This document shows positions 43,600 to 54,414 of a stretch of 64,000 nucleotides of DNA, one piece after another. Position numbers and translations under genes: made by a program. Source of the stretch: Octopus sinensis. Taxonomy: Eukaryota. Every line of letters starts with the position of its first letter. The first letter of the stretch is position 1. The DNA is taken from positions 51,026,001 to 51,090,000 of the forward strand of contig NC_043005.1 of the NCBI RefSeq assembly GCF_006345805.1. Direction: 5' to 3'. The notes under the pieces are model-generated. The model was not told where the DNA came from. It searched no databases and saw only the letters and a program-made list of their open reading frames with translations.

Positions 43600-44060
43600 A
43601 AAAAAAAAACTTTCCGTGTTTTCTCAAACGAGGAATACCAAAGACCTCCTCACTCTTCAGTGTTCATATGAATATATTTATATTAATACCTCAGGTTCTC
43701 ATCATCTTTAAGATGGTTTTTTATTTATCTTCTTTTCTTTTTTAAATATTTTTTTCTCTTTACGTTTTTCGTTTTTCATTCTTCATTCTTCATTTTTCAG
43801 TTTCCCAAGTTTTCATTGTGTCAGTTCTCTACAGTTTTCTCTTCATTGCTCTATTCTACCATCTTTCACCCTTAGCCCTTGGTTTTCCCATCGATAAACC
43901 GCTACCCCCTCCCCAAGTATCACCTCCTCCTTCTACCTGTTCATTCTTTCCTCCTAGCTCAACTTTACTTCTCTTATCATCGTACCCACTATCACTATCC
44001 TACTATAGCATCACCCTGTCACATCTCTCAGTACTAGATCACGACCCTGTTGCCTGAGAT
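43600..44060. repeat. Dispersed repeat; diverged inverted copy at about 34550-35000
   Basis: Reverse-complement similarity seen along about 400 bp. Confidence 0.7.
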
Positions 44061-44993
44061 ACACCAATATCTTTTAACTTCTATGACACTTTTCATGCTC
44101 TTGCAAGAATGGTGTAGTGTGAAGATAAACAGCAACCACAACTCATAGGATTATTTTGAAGGTCACAAGTTTTGTCCGATACTTGCAATACAGTGGACTC
44201 AAGTGACAATATTAAATCACGAAAGCATTAAATCCATCTCTGCAACAAAGAATGTTAACAAATAGGTGAACGGTAAGAAACTGAGCTCAAATCACTGAAT
44301 TAATGCTGCTAGCCATTACACAATAACAGTACTTTTTATTGTTAATATAAAAGCGGTGAGCTGGCAAAATCGTTAGAACCGCCGGCCAAAATATTTAGCA
44401 GCATTTCCACCGGCTTAACGTTCTGAGCTCGAATTCTGCCGTGGTCGACTTTGCCTCTCATTCTATCGGAGTCGATAAAAACATGTAGCAGTTGAATAGT
44501 TGGATGGATGTAACTGACTAAACCACCATCGAAATTTCAGGCCTTCAGCTTATAGTAGAATAGCTTGCACAATATGCCTTATGTTGTTTAATTTAGGTTC
44601 CTTACCTTCTGAGTTCAAGTTTCGATGTGATTATCTGCGTCATTCATCCCACAGAGCTTGACAAAATAATATGCAGTCAAGTATTTGGGTCGTTTATATC
44701 TGCTATATACTCGACCCCAAATTTTTCTTTTTTTTTTTTTTATTAGGCAAATATTAGAAGTCAGGAATTATGAAGGTGAACTTGCCAGACAAGCAATTTA
44801 ATTTAGGACAGTGTGTTGAAACTAATTCCACGATTGCAGCGTGGAAGGCACGTGTTAGCCATTCAGAAACATAGTGGTGACTTCAGTTAAACATTTATTG
44901 TTTGTATTGTGGTATCAAAAGTTCTATCACTCGAAACCGCAACCCTGTCACTGACAATGTTATGCTGCACCTAATCATATCTAGAATCTTGCA

Positions 44994-45034
<41 letters not shown>

Positions 45035-45046
45035 AGAATCTCGCAA

Positions 45047-45088
<42 letters not shown>

Positions 45089-45687
45089 CGACCACACAAT
45101 ATACATCGCTGGTCACAATGCCTTTTTGCATCGTTTTAGCTTTCGAATAATGCTCTACTTTGCTGGCTAGGCAAGCAGGCCAATGTTCCTCCCGATCAGA
45201 TCAGAAGGCTACTTTGTTATAGGGTTACCCATTTACAGCTAGGTGGACAGGAGCAAAGTCAACGCGCCGCCCGCTCCGGGAATCGAACCCACGATCTAGC
45301 CACAAAAGCCCACAAATTTGATGCAGTGTTGATTAATGAGTAGTTCGCTGTTTTGAGTGACGAACATTTTGGTACCATATTGCAAACAATAAATGTTTAT
45401 GTGAAGCTAACAGTCTGGGTTTCTTTATGGTTACACTTGCATTCCACGCTACAGTGGTTTCAGAAGTCAATATTACAATTGAATATTTTCTCGACACTAA
45501 GTTTATTGATTTCCATACGAAGTCAAAAACTTCTCTCACATTCTTGGGGGTTTGAAAATTCCTCAAAAATGTAATTCATTTCTTTTTTTATTATCATTTT
45601 AACATTTTATTTTATTTTGCTTTTCACTTTCTTTCAGATAGGAACGTGCGTAAGAATGTATGTATGAATGTATGTATAGTATGTACA

Positions 45688-45736
<49 letters not shown>

Positions 45737-45768
45737 TGCATGTATGTAAGAATGCATATATGTATATA

Positions 45769-45815
<47 letters not shown>

Positions 45816-46010
45816 CTATTTATTTATAAATAATGTTCTCTTTTATATATATATTTATATATAATATATAATATATATGTATCGTTAGATAGATAGATAT
45901 ATTCTCATACGTACGTATACATCTACATAATATGTGTATGCTGATGTGTATGTTGTGTGTTGTGTGTGCGTGTGTGTATGTGTGTGTATGTGTGTGTGTG
46001 TATGTGTTTT

Positions 46011-46046
<36 letters not shown>

Positions 46047-46314
46047 TGTATGTGTGTCTATGTGCGCTCGTTGACCTTTTCATTCTGACAGTTGGTTCCA
46101 TTGTGCATTCGTTTCGCTTCCTTAAATATTGGGGTTCAAGCTAAATATTCAAATTATTGTATGAAACTATTGCAACTTGTGCATTTTCCTGATATACATA
46201 CAAACAAGCACACCTTCATACGTACATACATACATACATACATACATACATACATACATACATACATACACATATATAAATATATACATATATTAATGTG
46301 TATGTGTACGTGTG

Positions 46315-46350
<36 letters not shown>

Positions 46351-46473
46351 ATGCATGTGTATATTTATGTATATATATACATACATGTATACATATATTT
46401 ATATATACATATGTGTATGTATGTATATAAGAGTAAATATACTTACACATGCACACACACATACAAACGTGTC

Positions 46474-46506
<33 letters not shown>

Positions 46507-46714
46507 CTATGCCCGTGCTTGTGTGTATGTGTCTGTGTTTGTGCTTATACTAATGTTTATGCAAGCTTATATGTACAGAGAGGGAGAGAAAGAGATAGGC
46601 GGAGAAAGAGAGAGAGAGAGGAATATTAATGGTTCTAGTGGACTTCAGTGTTTCCCTCGCTTTGTTTTTTTTTTATAAGACTCTACAATTGTTTCAAAGT
46701 AATATATGATGATG

Positions 46715-46717
46715 ATG

Positions 46718-46769
<52 letters not shown>

Positions 46770-46840
46770 TAATAATAGTTTCAAATTTTGCACATGAGCA
46801 AGACTTTTGGGCAAGGGGATGAGTCGATTACATCGACCCC

Positions 46841-46896
<56 letters not shown>

Positions 46897-46925
46897 TAAT
46901 AATAATAATATAATAATAATAATTT
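46715..46925. repeat. (AAT)n microsatellite interrupted by a SINE A fragment
   Basis: Directly visible. Confidence 0.93.
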
Positions 46926-47329
46926 GTAGTAGTAGTAGATTATTTTGTTGTTGTTGTTCTTGTTTGTCTCGTGATATTATTAAGTGGAGTATGTGTATTA
47001 CTTCGCCTTTTCTTTCTTTTTTTTTTTATTTTTTCAAGCCAAAGGGTTAACCGAAACCACCTCTCGAGAGAGAAAGAGAAGAAGATGAAAAGAAAAAAAA
47101 ACAAGAAAGAAAGCAGGGAAGAACCGAAATGATTCTTCAAGTATTGAGCTGCTACAGAAAGAGAGTGAATTATAAGCATAATCGAATGTCTGGAGGCCAC
47201 GTTTGAATATTCTGAGATATTGATTGAACGGGGATGATGTCTTTTTGCTTCGTTTTCTTTTCTTTTTTCTTTTTTTTTTTTTAACATGGTGGCTTTTGCA
47301 TGGAACGATAATTCAAATGTGATCGTAAG

Positions 47330-50199
47330 TTAGTTTTTAGAAAGCCGTGATCTTAATTCCTTCTTTAGCAGTTTCATTAAGAACATGATAAAGTCATCAT
47401 CATCATCATAGACACTTTTCAGTTGTTTGATGAATGAATCTATTTCTGAAGGATTAAATTCTTTTTCGATACCTTCACCATCTCCTTGCGCAGAAGTGTC
47501 CTTTTGTTTAGAAATATTCATTGTTATTTTTAGTGGTGGCTTTTCGCCTACTATTTTATAAGAAGCCAGAGGAGATGGCGACTTTGTGCTTTGCGGCTTG
47601 CTATCGTCTGTCTTTGTACTTTCTGCTGATTCATTGCTATCATCATTTCCTAATGTATTTCTCAAGCCAGCCGAGGAATTTGTAATAGTTATGTTGGTCA
47701 TGAAGAGTGATTTCATCATATCAGGTGCATCTTTATCATACTCAGTGAATTTTTCGCCCAAATCATCGGGGTCATCTTTCTTTGACATTTTAGTTGTTAT
47801 GTTCAAATGTATTCCATGCTTATGGTTATGCCTTTTGCTATGGGATTTCGTCTTTGGCGCTTTTTGTTTGATTGAAACGCGATGTTTATTCCCCTTTTTT
47901 GCATGAGTCACCTTAATGGTCACGGATTTCTTTTTCTGCGCTTTCGGCTTCGTTTTTTTACGAGCAAACCAAGTACCTCTTTTATCTTTTCCCATTTCTA
48001 TATGTTTTTTAATATCTGCCATAATCAACTTTTCAGCTCCATTGTCATTATCGTCTTCATCCTGGTCGGAGACTGTGGGCAAGCTTATATCGCCATCAGA
48101 AGTACAGATTAGTTTGGTGCCAGATTTTATTTTAATTGTTTTACATTTATTATCACCATTATTATTGTCACCGTCACTATCCTCCCCTTCATCCTCATCC
48201 TCATCGTCGTCATCTTCATCGTCATTGTCTTCCTCGCCATTTTCATCATCACCATTTTCTTCATCATCACTGTCATCACCATTATCCTCTTCATCATTAT
48301 CACCATTACCATTCTCTTCATCACTATCATCATCCTCATCACCGTTATCGTCATCTCCATTAAAGCTCTCCTCGCCCTCCCCCTCCTCCTCGTTCTCCTC
48401 GCTCTCTTCCGCCTCTTTCCCATTCATTCCTTTGCCATTTTTTATTTTCACGGAAAATTTTATTTTCTTGCCTTTTGATTTCGATTTTCCTGCTTTACCA
48501 TTATGTCCATTTAGTTTCGCTTTTATTTTAATTTTGTGTACTCCGCCGCGAGATTTTTCACCATTTTTGCTATCTTTCACATCCGTGGACTTCGCAGACG
48601 CAGACTTCTGTCCTTGTCTACCATTATTGCGCAAACGAATAGTCACAGTTGTTGCATTTTTCCTTACCTTCAATTCCTTCAGTGCTCCCTCTTCCTCCTC
48701 TTCATCTTCCTCTTGTTCGCTCTCGTCATCGTCTTCTTCCTCTTCATCATCACCATTATCATCATCAATTTCACCACCATCATCATCACCGTTGCCATTC
48801 CCAATTTCATCATCGTCATCATCATCACTATCAGAACCACCAGTATCTTCATTTTTATTACCGTTATAGCCACCAGTATCCTTATTTTTATTACCGTTAC
48901 AGCCATCTTCAAAATTACCATTAACACAATTATTATTACCATTACCATTGCCATTATTCCCATCATCATCGTCATCATCATCTTCCTCGGAATCGCTGTC
49001 ACTGCTATTAGAACCGTTGTTATCTTCTCCTTCTTCATCAACGACACCCATACCTAGCTCTGGTTCTCCTAATTTCATTTGCATCAGGTCGTCTTCATCA
49101 TCATCATCTTCTTCTTCTGTTTCTTCATCACTCTCCTCTTCTCCGCTCTCATTCGCACTTTCAGCCGCCTTCTTTCCTGTTTCTTCCTCTCTCTCCAACG
49201 ATTCTTTACTTTCTTTACTTTCCTCTTCTCCACCATCCTCATCGTCCTCAGAATCGTCATCCTCATTTTCATCTTCTTTGGTAGCTTCGTCGCTTACGAT
49301 TTTACTTCCTGCTTCACTCGACGCTTCAGCACCGCTTTGACTGGCCTTGCTATCCGCGTCCTCACTATCTTCTCCATCATCATCATTACCGAATCCTTGA
49401 GACAAATCACTATCATCAATAAGGAATTTTGATTGTCCTCGACTTTCACGCAAGTTACCAATATCTTTCACATTAATATCCATGAAGTTGTCGCTATGTC
49501 CCTTCGTTATACTACTATGCTCAGTATTAGTCCTAATTCTTTTAGGAATTGGAGTATCAAGCAATGTATCTCTATATGGATCTTCAACGCCTACCGGATC
49601 TGCTTTCGATAAAATACTGCCATATTTAATCTCATCAAGTAGTCCTTTCAAAACTTTATTTCCGTTATCAAACGACTGACTCATATGAAAAACGTTACCA
49701 GGTCCGATATTTTCAAAACTTTTGGTAATATCACTCTTGAACGGTAATGAGAATATTCTTTCTGTAAGTATTTTTCCATTCTCGGTTATGTTCTTAACGT
49801 TCTGTTTACTGTCTAGCCTGTCGTGGGTATCAATATCTGATACCAGGTTGCTATCAGGTCCTATATCTTTTATCATGAAAACCTTAAAGGAATTTTTGCC
49901 GTTGAGATAAGCGTTCTTTTTTTCTATAAGATAGTTGATCTTCTGGTCAAATCTCTCGCCTTCCTCGAAGAGTTTATTCATGGTCCTCATACCAAGTTTG
50001 TAATCGTTTGTCCAGTGTGAAGAGCCGACGTTTGGCGTGAACATCTGTCCGCGATGTGGTTCATAGCTGACCTCGTTTCTGATTGTCGCCTTGGTTTCTA
50101 AGTCATTAAACATGTGAGTTGCTGGAACTCGCGGATGACCCATACTGAACTTGTCGTTTTCAGATATCTCAGATGATGAACTTGAATCGGTTTCGTCGT
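47330..50199 (-). CDS. Terminal coding exon of an Asp/Glu-rich, Lys-block, low-complexity protein (~955 aa in this exon), probably secreted
   Basis: 2.87-kb stop-free frame in AT-rich DNA with mixed synonymous codons (not a microsatellite). T-rich acceptor ttatttatttag at 50200-50212 gives phase 1 (xAC GAC GAA ACC... = DETDSSSSEISENDKFS, then the track's Met at 50143). About 10 N-x-S/T sequons and many S-x-E sites. Confidence 0.9.
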
Positions 50200-51006
50200 C
50201 TAAATAAATAAATAAATAAAATTATTAATAATCATCACTGGTTTAATTTCATATCATTTATAGCAGAAAAGAAAAGCATTGTGATGGGAGAATAGTTAGA
50301 TAGACGTAGAAAATTCTTTTGGGGTACTTAGAAAATTCAACCTCTGCGGTATTTGAACTCAGAACGTAGAGACAGATAAAATACCGCTAAGCATTTTCCC
50401 CGGTCTTCTAACGATTATTGATTTCAAAATTTTGGCACAAGGCTAGCAATTTCGGGGCAGAGGATAAGTATATTACAATGACCCCAATACCCAACTGGTA
50501 CTTATTTTATCGACCCCACAATGATAAAAGGCAAAGTCGACCTCGGCAGAATTTGAACTCAGAACGTGAAGACGGACGAAAGGCTGCTAAGCACTTTGAC
50601 CGACGTGCTAACGATTCTGCCAGCTTACCGGCTTAGTTATTTTATGTGTAACAGATACCTCACTTAAGGTTATCAATTCAAAGCTTAAACTTAGTTTACA
50701 TTATTTGCGCTATTATTTTCACGTCTTTGTTCTTGTGTGGCAGTCTTATTAACTCATATCTCACCCTATGAAATGCCAAGGCCTGCTTCTTGAGTGTTTT
50801 TACTTGAGTTCACGCTGTTGCAAATATTCCCGATTTTCTATCTAAAGAAAGCTTCCCAACTATCTTCCACAAACCCCGGATGCCATGTAAAGAGTCATAG
50901 TGTTATATTCCTTATTATGTTAGATTATTATAACGCCCACTTCGGTATACAGTGTACTTAGTAAAACCAGTAAAGACACGACTATCTCTGACCGCCTGCT
51001 ACGTAC

Positions 51007-51472
51007 ATATTCCTTATTAAGCACTCAAGCTTTTACACAGAGGGGACAGCACAAGGAGAGACAGAACACCACAGTGGGAACAAAAACATGAAAGGAAAGA
51101 AAATGGGGAAAATGTTATTTAATAAATGAAAATGAATGACTACATGAGCTCCACTCTCATGCAGTACCATTTGAACGTTCTTACAGACAGTTTATAATCT
51201 TTATTTCCTTTTCCTTTTTTCCATAAGCATCGTTTTTTTAAAAAGAAATTTTACTTACTCTTGTTTTTTAAGAGTTCATATATGGTTCTAATTCTCTATA
51301 TTCCATCACTGGCGGCAGTTCGTCAAACTCCACCTCAACTCCCGGTAGATCAATATCCCTTCCAAACATTTCCTTTAACCTGTTATACCTCTCTTTATCT
51401 ATAAAAATTGCTTTCACATTTTCCGTGTAAATCTCCGTAGGCAACTTAACCATTATTATGGATTTAAACTTC
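51007..51472 (-). mobile_element. 5'-truncated copy 2 of an ORF1-only L1/Tx1-like element
   Basis: KFKSIIMVKLPTEIYTENVKAIFIDKERY...EFDELPPV is homologous to 54695-54900; 3' UTR is similar to 54415-54690. Confidence 0.75.
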
Positions 51473-51982
51473 GATTTTATCAAGATTTTCCAGTCTTTCC
51501 AGTTCTTTGTTAACCTGGTCTATTCTTGCAAACGGTACTTTCCGTTTTGGCCTAAAGACCGGTATTTAAGACTTTGTTTTACAGCGATCTTAGATTTTGT
51601 TTTTGTACAACAACCCAGTTCTTCCCCCACCAAAAAAAAAACAAAACAAAAAAAAAACATCTGGGAATAATCTTTTTTATATTTTGTTTCAGTTCTTCGG
51701 CTTCATTTGAACCTTTGACTGACTCAACTATATTTCTGCAGAGAACACATACGTGCGTATCCCACAATTCGAACAGTTCCAGCTACTCTGCACCAAATAA
51801 AATAAGTGAATCTTTTAATACAATATATCTTTGCCTTTTTAATTTGAGCACGAAATGTTACATTACATACGAGTTCACTGAAAAATATAATCTTTTTCCC
51901 GGAACACAATGTGCTACCTTTTTAGATTCAATAAACTTCGGCTTACCGATATATTTCCAAGTTTTTTTTTGGGGGGGGGGGG

Positions 51983-52397
51983 GATCTTTTCGGTTTGACC
52001 GGTAGTTTTTCCTAGCGGTGTCATATGAAATTGTCACCCATAATTATGACCCTAGTATCGATCTATTGTATTTCAATCTATTTTAGGGTTAGGGTTAGGG
52101 GTGGAGGGAAGGGTATCTTTTTTTTCTTCACAAATGTAAATAAACCCAATCTGTTTCTTAAACGAGGGACATATTCATACGGCACAGAATGTTGTTTACC
52201 TCAATGGACGTCAGTGATTGGTTGAAATTGCAGAAATTGAAGAAAAAAACAACAAATATCTTACAAACTATAGAATTTTCTCAATAAAGCCAAGAGAAAA
52301 AGATGTTTTATAAACACATTCTACCAGTATATGAAGTTTAAAATTTTTTAGTTACCTAGAAATTATGTTAAAAACTGCCGTTCAAACCGAAAAGATC
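51983..52397. mobile_element. MITE with 27-bp TIRs and internal (TTAGGG)-like repeats, inserted in the Gypsy protease
   Basis: gatcttttcggtttgaccggtagtttt versus aaaactgccgttcaaaccgaaaagatc (2 mismatches); the protease frame continues on both sides. Confidence 0.85.
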
Positions 52398-53150
52398 ATT
52401 TTTTCATTTATAATGGTGATGTCACTACCAGTGTCCAATTTTGTTTTAACACTTGTATTTCTGATTTTCACCTTCATGAATTTCATCATCATTATGCTAC
52501 CAAATATTTTCCATTACATACTATTTATTCCTTTTCCTTTGTTCTGACGTTTTATCATATTCGTTCTACAATGTGTCTTTATATGCCCTATATTTACACA
52601 ACGAAAGCACTCCGCTTTCTTAAATGAACAATTTTTCCTCAGGTGTATACCTCCACATGCAAACCATGGGTTTATTTCCTGATTTTTGTCGTGTTTTTTT
52701 AGAAAACACTTTATCTCTGCTCTATTTCTCACTTGGAAACAATCTTTACGGTCAATTCCCTCAGTGTCGTGTCTTAATCTTACTATCCTTTCACATTTTT
52801 CTGACACTTGCTGTAGGGTTACATCCTGCTTTTGTTACCGCTTTGCGAGAATTCTAGTTCTAACTTCTGCGTCCTTTTCGGCAGTAAGTCCTTGTGTAAA
52901 AATCAAGCATTTGGACATATCTGGTGCTAATTCGTCCAGCTTAAACTTTTCACATTCCCTTTTTACTCTACCAGCAAATATGATGCAGTCCTCGTCGTTG
53001 TTTTCCTCGGTGTTCAAACACTCCCAATGTGTGTTGAACAATGAGCTTTTTTCACTGAATATTTTACACTATATATCTATTGTATCAAGTTTAGGTCCTA
53101 AGGTTTTCTTGGGAATACATAATTACCGCATTGTTCATATTCTGCTACGT

Positions 53151-53934
53151 ATTTCTTTACTACCCACAAAGGGGCTAAACACAGAAGGGACAAACAAGGA
53201 CAGACAAACGGATTAAGTCGATTATATCGACCCCAGTGCGTAACTGGTACTTAATTTATCGACCCCGAAAGGATGAAAGGCAAAGTCGACCTCGGGGGAA
53301 TTTGAACTCAGAACATAAAGACAGACGAAATACCTATTTCTTTACTACCCACAAGGGGCTAAACACAGAAGGACAAACAAGGACAGACACACGTATTAAG
53401 TCGATTATATCGACCCCAGTGCGTAACTGGTACTTAATTTATCGACCCCGAAAGGATGAAAGGCAAAGTCGACCTCGGCGGAATTTGAACTCAGAACGTA
53501 ACGGCAGACGAAATACCTATTTCTTTACTACCCACAAGGGGCTAAACACAGAAGGGACAAACAAGGACAGACAAACGGATTAAGTCGATTATATCGACCC
53601 CAGTGCGTAACTGGTACTTAATTTATCGACCCCGAAAGGATGAAAGGCAAAGTCGACCTCGGGGGAATTTGAACTCAGAACATAAAGACAGACGAAATAC
53701 CTATTTCTTTACTACCCACAAGGGGCTAAACACAGAAGGGACAAACAAGGACAGACACACGTATTAAGTCGATTATATCGACCCCGGTGTGTAACTGGTA
53801 CTTAATTTATCGACCCCGAAAGGCTGAAAGGCAAAGTCGACCTCGGGGGAATTTGAACTCAGAACGTAACGGCAGACGAAATACGGCTACGCATTTCGCC
53901 CGGCGTGCCAACGTTTCTGCCAGCTCGCCGCCGC
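53151..53934 (-). mobile_element. Head-to-tail tetramer of SINE A (units 183-185 bp) inserted in Gypsy gag
   Basis: Unit starts at 53151, 53336, 53519 and 53703; only the last unit retains the 5' head. Confidence 0.92.
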
Positions 53935-54296
53935 AAGTCTTCTCAAGATTAAGCGCGTTTTCATCTCGCTGTCCCAGTATTTACATTCATTCTCGAAGAT
54001 TTGCTCATATCTTTTGTAGTATGCTTCGAAGCTAACTCCTTTTTCAGGTTCGTATTTGAACTCTGTTATGGCGAGAACACTTTTTCTGACTTTCCTGAAG
54101 ACTTCATTAATTACAACACTTGTTGCTGTAATAGTAATTGTTGTTTTTCTTTCAAATTTTGGTGGCTTTGTTGCTTCAGCTGTTGTTCTTACAATTGTAG
54201 CTGCTGCTGTTGTTCTTTCAGCTGCTGTTAATGTTGTTTTTGCAATTCGAGCTGACCGGGCAAAAATTTCTCCATAATTTTACGTGTTTATTAATT

Positions 54297-54308
54297 CCTC
54301 GTCTCCAC
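54297..54308 (-). other. Putative primer-binding site (GTGGAGACGAGG) just after a CA-ending putative LTR
   Basis: Resembles the TGGCGACGAG PBS of this Gypsy group; follows ...TACAACA and precedes gag. Confidence 0.6.
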
Positions 54309-54414
54309 TGTTGTAATCCTTAAAATGTTGGACTGTTGTAATGCCCACTTCGGTATACAGTATACTTAGTAGAACCAGTAAAGCCACGACTATCTCTGAC
54401 CGCCTACCACGTAC

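Larger units (their letters stand above)
51473..54296 (-). mobile_element. Gypsy LTR-retrotransposon remnant (gag, protease, pre-RT linker) split by a MITE and a SINE array
   Basis: TEFKYEPEKGVSFEAYYKRYEQIF...LILRRL; RECEKFKL...CLIFTQGL; CFRCVNIGHIKTHC knuckle; KLDTGSDITII protease; PVFRPKRKVPFA...KELERLE; RT and IN absent. Confidence 0.88.

Noticed and set aside
47586-49679. Plus-strand ORFs up to 317 aa, rich in S/F/L/I
   Set aside because: Antisense shadows of the acidic exon's GAN/AAN codons
53151-53934. Regular ~184-bp repeat array (CRISPR- or satellite-like at first glance)
   Set aside because: No unique spacers; the units are SINE bodies; eukaryotic context with no cas genes
54056-54277. 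Hydrophobic 73-aa plus-strand ORF resembling a membrane peptide
   Set aside because: Antisense of the Q/K-rich N-terminus of the Gypsy gag
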